This document shows, one piece after another, positions 49,801 through 62,000 of a stretch of 64,000 nt of DNA (the first letter of the stretch is position 1; each line of letters starts with the position of its first letter). The stretch lies in contig JBHGNT010000003.1 in the NCBI GenBank assembly GCA_043228905.1, positions 3,038,001 through 3,102,000 of the forward strand, in the 5' to 3' direction. A program made the position numbers and the translations under genes. This DNA comes from Azolla caroliniana (Eukaryota; Plantae; Polypodiophyta). The notes beneath the pieces are model-generated. The model was given only the letters and a program-made list of their open reading frames with translations, made no database searches and was not told where the DNA came from.

Positions 49801-50534
49801 CTTTGATACAGACATCTTTTGTGGTAAACTATTCAGGCTATGGATGCAAGGTCATAGGTTGAAATCCTTACTTCCACAAAGATGATACAGTTCTCCTAAT
49901 CTACAGGACACAGTGACATCTCATCTGTATCCTACTACTGTATGCACGCGAGTTCAAATCTCAAATTATGCAGTCCTTTACTAGATGCCACTGCAATGAA
50001 AGAATGAACTTACTTCTGCCAAGCAACGTTGTAAAGATTAGCCTTCAGCAGATGACAGTATTCTCCGACTTTCACATAAACAGACAGAAGGCTAGCTTCT
50101 TTCCATAGCCTGTCAAGCTGTTTCAAAATGGGGAAATAATGACAAGGATCAAGCAGGAATGAAGAAGAGAAAGAATAATAAAAGAAACAGTTAGACGAAG
50201 AAAGATGAATAATGGCTTAGGTTTTATACCCGAGCTTCTGCGTCTGATGTCTTGGCACGGTGGAGGAGCTGGGCCACATCGATGCGGAGCTGTTTCACCT
50301 GTGATTCTCTCCTCCTCCTCAGGAGTTTCACCCTGGACATGGTGAGCTTCAGGAGCCTCTTACTGTGTGACACAATCCAACAAAATAGTATGATCAGTGA
50401 AGATTCAGAGAGAAGATGGCTATGGTGAAGGAAAATGAGATTTACCAGCTTGATCTTCTAAAACCAGGAGTACATCCCAGGTAGTAAGCAAACCATAGAC
50501 GGCGAGGTATGGGGGCCTTGTTGGTGGATCCCAT
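46893..50534 (-). CDS. IST1: IST1-like protein (regulator of Vps4 activity in the MVB pathway), 6 exons, about 901 aa
   Basis: Minus-strand exons 50534-50446, 50362-50230, 50117-50014, 49503-49353, 49236-49138, 49022-46893 total 2706 nt in frame with GT-AG borders. Ist1 domain: CKRLLKLTMSRVKLLRRRR...DVAQLL...ECPTDLREALESLYFAASHCSDLPELKDVREIMANKYGKEF. A long hydrophilic region follows. The C-terminal HVHPNLPEYEDLFATF is typical of plant IST1-like proteins. Confidence 0.88.
49565..49972 (+). repeat. Array of degenerate tRNA-like (A-box/B-box) modules in IST1-like intron 3
   Basis: TGGTAA-type A boxes at about 49576, 49755 and 49822. B-box-like GGATTCAAATCC (49609), GTTTGAATCC (49792), GGTTGAAATCC (49857) and GAGTTCAAATCTC (49950). 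Confidence 0.5.
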
Positions 50535-51060
50535 AGCCAGAAGTTCGAAATCAGACGATGAAGAAGCAGAAGGATGATGGTGGTGATGATGATACAGGCT
50601 CACCAGTGAGATCTATTCCTGAAAGCAGGGATTATACATCCGAGGATGTAGACGATTTACCAAATGCCGAAGAGGTAATGGGAGCTTGCTGACCATAGCC
50701 ATAGCCAGAAGTCTCAAATCTAGCAGAAGAAACAGGACGAGAGAAGGAAATATTGCTGTTGAATGAAATGAAGCTTGGTGTGCCGGACGCCATAGCCAGA
50801 CGCTTTCAAAACTCTAGAGGGAGGGAGGAGGGAGGAGAGGTAAGAGAATGTGGGTTATCTATATAGAGGGGAAGGGGAGCGGCGCCATGGCCAGGAGAAG
50901 GCAGCTTCAAAGCCAGAATACGAAGGAAGAAGAGGAAGAAGAAAATGCAGGTAGCTATGGGGAGAAGGGGAGCATCCTGGAGGCCATAGCCAGGAGAAAG
51001 AAGCTTCCACACCAAGCCACAGACAAAGAAGAAGAAGAAGAAGAAGAAAAGGTCTGACTG

Positions 51061-51095
51061 TGGCTATGGCTATGGCTATGGCTATGGCTATGGCT
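51061..51095. repeat. (TGGCTA)n hexamer repeat in the putative IST1-like 5' leader
   Basis: Five full TGGCTA units plus TGGCT. Confidence 0.9.
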
Positions 51096-52039
51096 GTTGT
51101 GAGAGATAAGGAGGAGAGAGACAGACACACAGAAATATGCAAAGAAAACAGAGCAAGAGAGAGAAAAGAAAGAGAGAGAGAGAGGAACAGAGTACATTAG
51201 AGAGAGAATATTTTTAAAATTATTTTTATTTGTTTTTTCTTTTTTTTTCTTTTTTTCTTTTTTCTTTTTTTCTTTTTTTCTTTTTTTTTACCTTCTATTT
51301 TCTATTTATATTTATTTCCTCAGAGACCAAGAGATAGAGAGAGAGAGAGAGAGAGAGACGAACGAATATGAGAAAGAATATTTTTTAATTATTTTAATTT
51401 TTTGCTATTTGCGTTTTTTCAATTTTTCCGTTTTTTATTTGTTTTTTTTTATATCTATTTTCAATATTTGCATTTCCATTATTTCAATTTTTATTTCTAA
51501 TATATATTTTCTATTTTTATTTTTATTTTTATTTCTACTTTTCAGTATATGTCTTTTGTATTTTTATATTAGAGGAAAATAATTTTACGTCTTTTTATTT
51601 CGGATGAGTTTTCTTATCACCCTCGTTTTTATCTATTTATGTATTTATGTATTTATTTATTTATTTATTTAGTTATTTAGTTATTTATTTTTTTAGTTAT
51701 TTATTATTTATTTATTTATATTTTTCTCCTAAGTTTTTGAGCATTCTATATAAGTGGCTATTCGTTTTCCTTCTTGGTTTTCCATAATTAAAATTAAGAG
51801 AAATATTGTTTTTTTAAAGAGAAATTCTAATTATTAATTTAACAATAATAACAAAAAAAAATGAAGCAAATGGAATCAGTCAAGACTCAAAAACAAAAGA
51901 GGGAACCAAATCTCTCTCTTTGCGTTTTTGCGTTTTGCGTTTTGCGTTTTGATTTTTGCTTTTATATTTTGTTTTTTGGGAGGCTCAACGGACCTCTCTG
52001 TCTCTGTCAGTGTTCTTAAGGTGAGGGGCCACCTTCATA

Positions 52040-52206
52040 GTTTCCTCTCCTTAAGAGAATAAATATCCTACTAATCATCTTGATAATTTAAAATTCAGGC
52101 GGACAAATCATCACATTTCCGAAGGTTTCCTCTCCTTAAGAGAATAATATCCTACTAATCATCTTGATCATTTAAACTTCAGGCCGACAAAACATCACAT
52201 TTCCGA
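52040..52206. repeat. Tandem duplication of an about 83-bp unit upstream of the IST1-like gene
   Basis: GTTTCCTCTCCTTAAGAGAATA...CATCACATTTCCGA occurs at 52040 and 52125 with a few differences. Confidence 0.85.
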
Positions 52207-55200
52207 TAGCAACTACAATATTTTGTTTTGTGAAACATTGGAATATTTAAGACAAACGTTGCAATCTTTGTGGAATGGATTCAACTAACAATCGAACATT
52301 GTCAAAAAATTACTTTATGCTAGAGACGTTTTGATGAGCCTTACATTTGAGCTAATTTTTATTCTATCATGTAGAGGTTGCACGACATGGTATTTGACAG
52401 ATAAAGTTTCTCTAAAATGAAGGAAAATTCAAGGAACCACGATGATTTATCACGATTGGGGATGCTGAAATGTTGTATCAGAAACATCCCACATGGAATT
52501 CATGTGACACGAACCATATTCATAATTGTCTTTTTAATTACTTTCTCTCGTCTCTACTTGAAACTAGAAATTAGGATAATTGTAGGGCTACTTTTTATAT
52601 TACTATGTATCTCAACTTGCTGACCTTGAAATTTTCAATATGTTGGATCCTTGTTGATTTGTTTTCCACATTTAGAATTTATTATTGCATGAAACCACTC
52701 CATGGCTTTAGATGGAGATGTCTTCAAAAAAGTTTGGGCATTGGAGTAGGAGTGAGTATATATTAATAAAAGGCTTGATATTTTTATCTGGCCTAAATGG
52801 TCGATAGATGTGTATCATACCCTCAGATAATTCCACTCTCAAATTTTGGATCATTCAACGTAGGTTTGTCTTCTTATTGGGATGGACTTTCTAACCCTCA
52901 TCAATCTCAACGTGTGAGTTTCTTTCCATCTAGATTGAGCCAATCTTTAGGGATAATAATTCAAAAGAAATTAGTTTTTATAAGGTTTTATACTTCTTTC
53001 TCCCACTTGATAGAGGTGAAGAATGATCGTAATCCCGTCACAAAGCTAGAAAATCTCAATATAGAATAAACTCACGAGGACGGGATGACTAATCAAAGGG
53101 GAACTCTTGCATCTTATGCTTGGTTCATCGATAGTAACGCATGTATTTTATGTCCCACCCATGTGAGAGAACCTAACCCTATCATATTTGTCAATTGGTG
53201 ACTCAACATTGAATTCCAAGCTCTAGAACAATAACTATGGAGCAACTTTTTTTATTCCACATGGGTCAAGCTAATGTGTAGGTATATTACTGCACAAGAT
53301 TTGATTATATCTAAACCTTTTGTACTTCCAGGTTATTTTGAGAACATCTTTCTCCTAATCAATTGAGAGTGAATTATATAGTATTAACTCCCCTTCGTGA
53401 ACCTGGGAAAGGTTTGAGCTAAAAGATCTCAATATAGAACAAGCTTGCAAGGAAAAGTGGATTTTTTTGGGGTCAGGTCTTGCATCAAATACACTTAGAA
53501 GCTTGTGAGGAAAAGCGGAATTTTTGGGGGGTCAACTCTTGCATCTTATATTTGTATTCGATGTTCATCCCATGCAAGAGAACCTAAACCTAAGAGACAT
53601 GCCAAATGGTGAGTGATTCAATATGGGTTTCTATGTGCTAGAATTAGGCTATTTTAGGAGCAACTTTATTCTTTTCAATGTTATTTACGACCTTACTTCT
53701 ACATATTAGCTAAGAGAATATCAATTGCATTGTAAGAGATTTAATTCCTCCTCTTCTTAGGATGTTGATAACCTTTCTTCTCCCTTTGTTTTTCCCGTGA
53801 CATATTACTTTTTCCATATGCTCAAGTATACAAACGCATGCTTGGCCTGAGACCACATACACATATGAAAGGTGGACTAATGAGGATTTTCATTCAAACC
53901 ACATGAAGCCACTATAAGAGTTGACCTAAAAAAGAAACGTAATCATGTTGCATGGACAATGGACATCTCATAGTGATGCATACGATTAAATTTGTTTACA
54001 TTCAAAAGTACCCATTCCTTGTCCATGTCTTAGTTCTTGGGGGACCACCTTAATCAATCAACATCCTTTTCCAGCGATTTGAAAAGATTGTTTCTTTTTC
54101 TCTCTCAAATCAAGTTGAATTAAATGTGACATCCAAAGCTTAAATAGATTGAGTCATGAAACTTTTAAAATTAGGAACAATACGTATCTAACGAACAAAT
54201 TCATAAAGTGAACCCAATTTTTGAAAAAAAATAGAATTATGATGTAGTGACTATAGCCAATTGGTATAAAGTAATAGTCGAATTCCACTAGACATAGATC
54301 TCGCACATTTATTAACATTGTCTTTAGAAAGTCACTTTCACATCGCTATCTTGTGCAAATGATGCTAATGTCAAGGTTGTAAAACCACCTTTGTGAGAGG
54401 AAAATATTAGTGTATAATAACTCAAACTAAATTTATGTGAAGATTTAAATAATTGTTGAACCCATTTACGATTGAACCCCAAAGCATATAATCTTGACCA
54501 ATTCACCTTCTTGGTTATATATTCAAATTTTAGAATTTCAATACCTATAAGAAACTCAAGATTATGTGGTAGAACACAACGTGCAACCATTGCCTTTTGC
54601 ATCATAATTTAAGTTGTTAGGGTTACTCATCAAGAATTTGGCAACATCCTTATAGACATGTTGATGCAATGTTAAATGTTTTGAAACATTAAGGTTTCCA
54701 ATTTCAATGTGGAGCAATAGGTTTGACATTGTGTTACTTGTATATTTGGTTTTGCTTATAAAATGTGGTTGTCGATCTCAAGAAGTAGTTTTCACAAGAA
54801 GATAATAGCATTAGTGAGGCCCTTGCCACTTAATGCAAGAGTTTTCCTATATTATTGAAAACACACAAATTTTAGACCTTGCATTCCAAGAGATTTATTT
54901 AAGACAAAAGACATGGAAAGCAAGAGTTTGTTTTTCAATAATAATAATACTAAGTGAAAGCATTAGGTTGGATCTCTTGTACAACCCTTCAATAGAATAA
55001 TTTTTTTAAATAATTAAAATAAAGATTGAGTTCACATGTTGAATACAATGGTTCTTTTTTCGTATAGATTATAAAAAAAAGACACAAGTTCGCCCTGGCA
55101 ATGACCTCCAATGGAAACTTTAATGCCAAAGACTCAGTCAACAATCGTTTTGGACGAACCTTCTTTTCCTTTTTATTGAAATGTCACTCATGTCTCACAT

Positions 55201-57583
55201 ATTACTCAAATATTATTGCCGTTTTTTTGTAAATGGCACAAATCATTATTAGCCAAATGCCATGGTATGAATAGGAGGATGCATGGTTGGACATGGAATA
55301 TAAGGCCATACATGTTCATCAGTATGACATAGATGTGGCAAGGATGCCACGCGTAATGGCATGATTAGGAAACAACATGGTTAGACATATAATGTAATGT
55401 TATCAATGTTCATGGGCATGTCGTGGATGCCTCGAGGTCACACAAATAAATGGTGTGATTGGGGGAATTCATGTTTGGACATGAAATGTAAGGGTATATA
55501 GATATGGATATTTCAAGGATGTCACAATTAATACTTTGATTAGGAGAATGTGCGTTTGGACATGGAATGTAAGGATGTGCCAAAATGTGTAAAGCATCCC
55601 CCATGATCAAGAAGGCATCACTATTTCGATGATCATCATGATGGTATGATATGGAAGTGTCATAGATGGTCACATATACGTCCTCAAGAGTTTAAACAAA
55701 CTTTTCAAAGCTTTCCAATTCAGGTCAAAAGCTTACCATCACTGGAGGACACTTGCCACTCCAATTAAGCATTTCACCTACCGCATGTTCAACAAATGAA
55801 CACACTCAATCACCACTACAACACACTAAAACCATTGTTAGGTACCTCATAGCTCATCTTAGACACTTCACTGCAATATGTTAACTAAAACAACAACGAT
55901 GTATCGTCATATTGGGCTCAATATTTATATGAACTTGAGCATTGTAATTCATGAAAAAGGGGGAATGATGTCCAAATTCTTCCCTTAGCTTTAGATTATG
56001 ATTACATTACTTTTGCCCAACATCAACAATAAAATCCTTGATGTCACGAAGAGAGATAACATGTAGAGAGAAACATGGATAATATATTTGGGTAAGAGTT
56101 ATGCAAAGATTATGGTTGACCAAAATGTTATTTGTAATATAGTTGAGTTTAAAAAAAAGAAGTCGTTGGTAATTTTATAGGCTTGTAAATTGTTACTTGA
56201 ACAAAGTGACAATCATGTTGTGCAACAGTTCAAGCGATGTTTTAGGTACCTTGGAATGTGTAAAATATTATTCTAGCATATTGTCGGGGTCACACGGGGA
56301 TTAACAACAAAAAACTAGCATTGAATTTAAAATTGTGACTCTTTCTTCAACGTGTTATTACCAAATGCGAATAAACTTCAACCATTTCAAATGCACATAG
56401 ACCATATTCTCTCACGACTTGGGGTGCGAAACGATTACATACATTTATCATCAAAATAACTATTGATAATTTAAATTATAGTTATCTCGAAGATTAAATT
56501 ATTGTTTCTCCATTGTACACATGCGTATATTCAGATATCGATGTTGCATATTGCCATTTTAATAACTACTAAAGTTTATAGATATTGGGTTTTTCTATAG
56601 CAAGGAAGTTGTATTCACGAGGACAGTGTATTATTTCCACTATTAGTGGAAGGGTACATAGAAGTCTCTCAAACATAAACATTTTTTGCCAATCTAAACA
56701 CATGATAATGCTACATGATATACTAGCTCACATTAAGTCCAGACAAAAGAAATTATCAAATGTGTAGATCATAAACAAGGCATCACAAATCAATACCACA
56801 TTATATAGTGGATGGATGTGTTAAAGATGATTTAAATGTTACCTAGTGAATCAGTGATTGTTCGATAAGATTTGAAAAACCTATATGTGGCCTTGGAGGT
56901 CTTTTCATGTATTCGAATAATAGGTCAAACATAGAGAAGAAAACATTTATAATAGTCTACAATAGTTACGAATTGCTTAGATTAGGATGATGAAAAATAA
57001 GTCATATTTGTTCCTGATCATATAAGTAAAACAAAGGACCGATCTGGGGAGGCAGGCAGGTAGGCAGTGGCCTCCGGGGAAGAGTGGTAACAGAAGAGTG
57101 GAGGAGCAGCGAAGCGAGTGCAGGAGGTTGAGCTGAATCGTGCAAAGCTGAATGTGAAGCTCAACTCAACTTTTCGAAGGGCGGTGGTCACCGTAGCCCC
57201 CCCTCGCTGTCGCCGCCGTTGTGCGGAGTAGTCAGGATTACAGTGGGTTCGAGAAGTGGGTTCGTGAAGTGCCGCACCCCCCCTCCCCCCCCAAACCTCA
57301 TAGTTCGAAGAGTGGCCCCCTCCAAACCCACAGTTCGAAGAGTGGGCCTCCCTCTCTCCAAACCCATACCCCCCCCCCCCCCCCCAAAATAAAAATAAAA
57401 ATAAAATAAAAATAAAATAAATAATAGATAAAGTAAAATTAAAAATATTATTATAAACTCAAAATTTATATTTATAATATTTTAGAAAAAATCTTTAAAT
57501 AAAAGGGGGGGGGGGTGAAGAAAGAAAATGAAACACGACAAAAGGGAAGGGGGAAAAAACAAAAAACAAAACCATAGAGTGCA

Positions 57584-58663
57584 ATGGTGGGAGAAACTGA
57601 ACTTCCAGCAAAACCCACTGTGCTACATGAAGAAGGCAGAATGGAGCTTGACATCACCCTGTCCCCAGAAGCCAATCGGCTCTTAACTGAGGAAATCGAA
57701 CGCCTACGTCGTACTTCCTTTGTAAGTAGGTTCCTTGCAAGTAGACCAAGTCGTGGCATGGTTCGGGACATGCTCCGAGTGGCTGTGATGGAAAACATGC
57801 CTCCGATCAAGAGTGTCCAGGGTTTAGGGAAAAATTTCTTCCGCATTGAATTGGGTGATGGCGTGTTGGCGCAACCATTGGTAGAGCTCAAGGTTCTTGA
57901 ATTGAAGTACGGTAAGGTGTTGCTCCAACTTTGGTCATCAGGCTTCAATCCAATTGAGGAGTTGCAGAAACTTAACAATCCTAGGGTGATCACCACAACA
58001 TTTCATGGCCTCCCTCCCCAGTTGTGCCATCTGCTTCCTTTTTTTGGCGAACAAATAGGAACGATTTGCCCTAAAAAACCATCCATGGCAGATACAATAG
58101 TGGAGGTGCCCAAGCTACGCATCTTAGTGCCTTCCCTCCATGGACTTCCAACAAGAATTAGGCTCTACTCCGAGGAGCTAGGTCTCACAATAATGAATGT
58201 GGTATATAAGGGACTCCCTGGGCAGTGTTTCATTTGCAAACAGAAAGGTCACCTAGCTAAGGAATGTCCTCGTAAGACTGGAAAGGGAAACTCGGGACCT
58301 CGAACCTCAGGGAAGGCCGCGTCACCCAAGGGCAGCGAGGCTCCTTGGCACCCCGTTAAGAAGCAGGGGAAACTTCAAAGCCTAGGTGTAGCCTCTCGCC
58401 CCCTCTTTCAAGACTGTCCCGTAGAAAGAAGTTCTCCTACCTTGTCACCAGCAAGTGTGGACGAACAACCCTTGAAACGGGTGAAGATCCTCTCGGGGAG
58501 TGCGGAGGCGCACAACCTACAGGTGAGAGCGTCCAACAGATTTACATTGCTCCAAGGGCTAGGGGATGGCGAGCCAGAAGCATTGGCAACAACGTTGTCC
58601 CCATGCGAATCCTTGTCCCCCAAGCTCGTGTTCTCTAGCCCAATGGAGATGCAACCACAATAG
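57584..58663 (+). CDS. LINE ORF1 protein (plant L1 ORF1-type N-terminus with CCHC zinc knuckle); probably prematurely terminated
   Basis: LGKNFFRIEL...LQLWSSGFNP, YKGLPGQCFICKQKGHLAKECP. ORF-like sequence continues to a TGA overlapping the ORF2 ATG at 59024-59027. Confidence 0.8.
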   Translation: MVGETELPAKPTVLHEEGRMELDITLSPEANRLLTEEIERLRRTSFVSRFLASRPSRGMVRDMLRVAVMENMPPIKSVQGLGKNFFRIELGDGVLAQPLVELKVLELKYGKVLLQLWSSGFNPIEELQKLNNPRVITTTFHGLPPQLCHLLPFFGEQIGTICPKKPSMADTIVEVPKLRILVPSLHGLPTRIRLYSEELGLTIMNVVYKGLPGQCFICKQKGHLAKECPRKTGKGNSGPRTSGKAASPKGSEAPWHPVKKQGKLQSLGVASRPLFQDCPVERSSPTLSPASVDEQPLKRVKILSGSAEAHNLQVRASNRFTLLQGLGDGEPEALATTLSPCESLSPKLVFSSPMEMQPQ

Positions 58664-59023
58664 GTACCATCCACCTTGGAGGAGATGTTGACAAAGGCCC
58701 CCCCTCATGATGGAACGTGAATGTGGTGGTGACCTCAGATTAGTGAAGTTGTGGATCCGGACGAGCACGATCAAGGGCAAAATAGGCAAACCATCACCTA
58801 GTTTGGCGACGTCTCTCTAGGCTAGAGGGGTGCAGGATATGCAACCGCTTAGGAGCCAAACTGTATCGCGGGAACTATTTGAAGCGGGCCGGGAACGACA
58901 GGCTGGAAATCTCTTAGGGGCTCTCCAATCTACTGTGGAGTTCCTACCCCCAAAAGTAGATGATAGTTTGCCCCCTGACATGGGGGTCGGCCCCTACATG
59001 GGCGTCAAACTCACTGCCTTCAA

Positions 59024-62000
59024 ATGAGGATACTAACGTGGAATGTGCAGGGCCTTGGTGGAGGCTGGCAACAACATGAGTGCAAAAGACTTCGGGAGGA
59101 GTTGAATCCCCTTAATATAGGGGGCAACATTGACATATTGCTTTTACAGGAACACCACCTCTCTCAAGAGAGAACTCATAGCCTAGTAAACTCCTTGTCA
59201 GGTGGATGGACCACGTGGTGGTCCGCTACACAAGGTGACCTCCACCGAAGAGGAGGGGTCTGCATCTCGATTAGCAATCAGGCACGTTACGAAGTAACAT
59301 CACATGGTACGTTGGTGGCAGGTACATCCTTATATGTGCTTTCAAAATGGAATCGCCTTTAGATTGGGGTGCTAAACATTTATGCCCCTAACTCTTCCCC
59401 CGAGAGAGCAATCTTTTGGAGGATTTTAGCGACAACATTGCATGATGCAGAGGCGTGGGTAATTGCCGGAGATTTCAACATGACTGAGCATCTAGGAGAT
59501 AGGAAAGGGGGGATCCAAAGACCACATCACGGTGCAGAGTTGGATTCATGGGCTTTCCTAATTGGAAAATTTGGGGTGAAGCATACATGGGGCTCTTCCC
59601 TTAGGAGATGCTCACATTCGCTACACTTCTCCCAAGCTGTCGTGAATGCTAGGGGTGGTAGTCTTGCACGGCTAGACCGCATATACATCAGCTCGTCCCT
59701 CGAAGAGCTGGGGGCGTCCTTCGCTATCTTGGCAGGTCTTACCTTCTCGGATCACAAGCCGATGAGACTAGACCTTAACCCACCCCGTGGTAGCTGTTGG
59801 AAATTGACGCTTTCAAAACCTTCACCTCTCGGCCACAACCGAGGAAACGCGAATCAATGCAGCAGTAAATCGAAAACACAGAGAGAGACTCGAATGCACA
59901 GGGTTTAGCGTGGAAAACCCTAGACGGGAAAAACCACGGGAGTGCAAGACTCCAACTATCACTATACGCAGTGAATGTACAATGGCGAGCTGCAAGGCGA
60001 CGACCTTGAGCTCGCTGTCCTCGCCACAGGCGGCGGTATTACACAGAGGCGTCGACCTCTTCCTTTCTCTCTCTCTCTCTCACTCTCTCTCTCGGCTGCT
60101 CTCACTTCGCTCCCTCTAAGTGGAAAACAGAAAAATGAGCAACAACTACAAAACTGTTTACCCTAAGTCATATTTATACACATATGACTTTCGGGCTATT
60201 TACAAATATAGCCTCAAGGGCCCTTGGCAAACATATTCACAAATATGTCCCCGCATCCGGATCTCTCTCCGGGTACATTCATCATCCGGCTCCGTAGCCG
60301 GGGTCTTCATCATCCGGATCCGGAACCGGGTCTTCATCATCCGGCTCCGATACCGGGTACTCCTCGTTCGGGTCTTCATTCCCGATTCCCGGACATCTGA
60401 CCATCCCATCCGGAGGGACCGTAATCCCAACAGTAGCAAGGGGAGTCTCAATGTGAAAATCCCCACAAAGATCATGAAGAGTGCAAAGGTGAAAGCTGGG
60501 TTGCAGAGCATATGGCGGGAGACCATTGTAAGTGAATCGGCCAGTGAGGATTTGCAAAAGAAACTGGCACTCTCCTCCTCCTTTTTACAACAGGAAACCA
60601 AGTTGGCCCTCCAGCAGGTTAGAGCCATTGAAACAAAATTACGGAAGTCTGTTGCGGCCGCGCAACAGTTGCTACAAGCAGACCCTAGCTGCAATTGGTC
60701 TACAGCTAAGCTAGAGGAAGCAAAGTTGAAGTTGCGGGAAAGGACGTTGGAGAAGAACCGAATGCTATTTCGAAGGACTGTAGCATGGTGGGCTAGAACA
60801 GACAACAATGTCAACCGTCATTTCTTTCACTCTAGGGCACCCAAGGGTGGTGGTGGACATATACAAGGGTTGCGCAAACCAGACAGCTCAATAATGGAGG
60901 ACAAGGATGAGATTCTGCATATGGCAACACAATACTATCGCGACTTGCTTGCACCTATGCATATGCGGCAAAACACGAAGCTAGCTGAGAGGGTGCTGGC
61001 TTGCATTCACCCCAAGGTAACCCATGAGAGGGAAGTTGTGCTCGATAGCCCCATTTTCTCTATTAGAACTCTCAGAGGCATGCCCTGGCCCCAATGGTCT
61101 CTCACGAGATTTTTTTGAGATTCATTGGGAAACTGTTATCCCATCATTGCGATGCCAACTGGCTTGGCTGAGGGGATGATCTATCTCATTCCTAAAGCGG
61201 CAGGGCGAAGCCTCGAGCTACGCCAATGGTGTCCAATCACGATCCTTAACACGATATACAAGATATTTCAAAAGTCCTAGCTTCCTACCGGACGTCATAC
61301 ATGAGAATCAAACAAGGTTTATCAGGGGTAGGTGTATCTTTGATAATGTGTTGCTTCTCTGGGAAGTTATGGCATTGGCAGATCGCGCAGTATCGAGCTT
61401 GACTATTTTGATGTTAGACTTTGAGAAGACCTACGACAGGGTGTTATGGCCCTTCTTGGAAAGAATGATGAGAGCTATGGGCCTTCCCCAGCGATGGAGG
61501 AATTGCATTTCTGCACTCTATCAGACTGCTACCAGTAGCGTGTTGGTATTTGCTGCTAAGGGGCCCGCCTTCCAACTACATCGCTTAGTGAGGCAAGGTT
61601 GTCCCCTAGCCCCATATCTCTATCTATTTGTAACTGAGACTTTCTCTGCCTACTTACAAGCACCAAGCAGCGGATTGAGGGGATTGCCCATCCCCAATGT
61701 GACTGAGGATCTTCTATTATCTGAATATGCCGACGATACAGTCCTTTTCTTGCAGGGCGATGATGCAAATTTGCAGCGAGCTGAACATCTTGTTGAGGAC
61801 TTTTGTCCGGCTGGTGGTGCCAAGGTCAATTGGGATAAAACCCAAGGTCTCTAGTTCAACGAACAAGAGAAGCCAAGGTGGCATCCTCATGCTGATTTTG
61901 CATGGGTCCCTGATGGGATGACATTCAAGTACCTTGGATTTATGATGGGGAGGGCAATCCCCAAGGGAGTGCAATTGTCCCATGTGCAAGCCAAACTAAG

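Noticed and set aside
2270-50534. SAMDC-like, HK, SIP, DUF247 and IST1-like genes as a functional cluster
   Set aside because: The functions are unrelated, orientations are mixed, spacers are long and TE-filled, and there is no sequence evidence of co-regulation.
52300-56950. Short ORFs in AT-rich intergenic DNA (also 36000-38000 and 43100-46000)
   Set aside because: No recognisable domains or consistent exon structure; probably old TE debris that I cannot classify.
60120-61118. 332-aa ORF as a novel gene
   Set aside because: It is a chance chimera of solo-LTR sequence and the LINE ORF2 linker.
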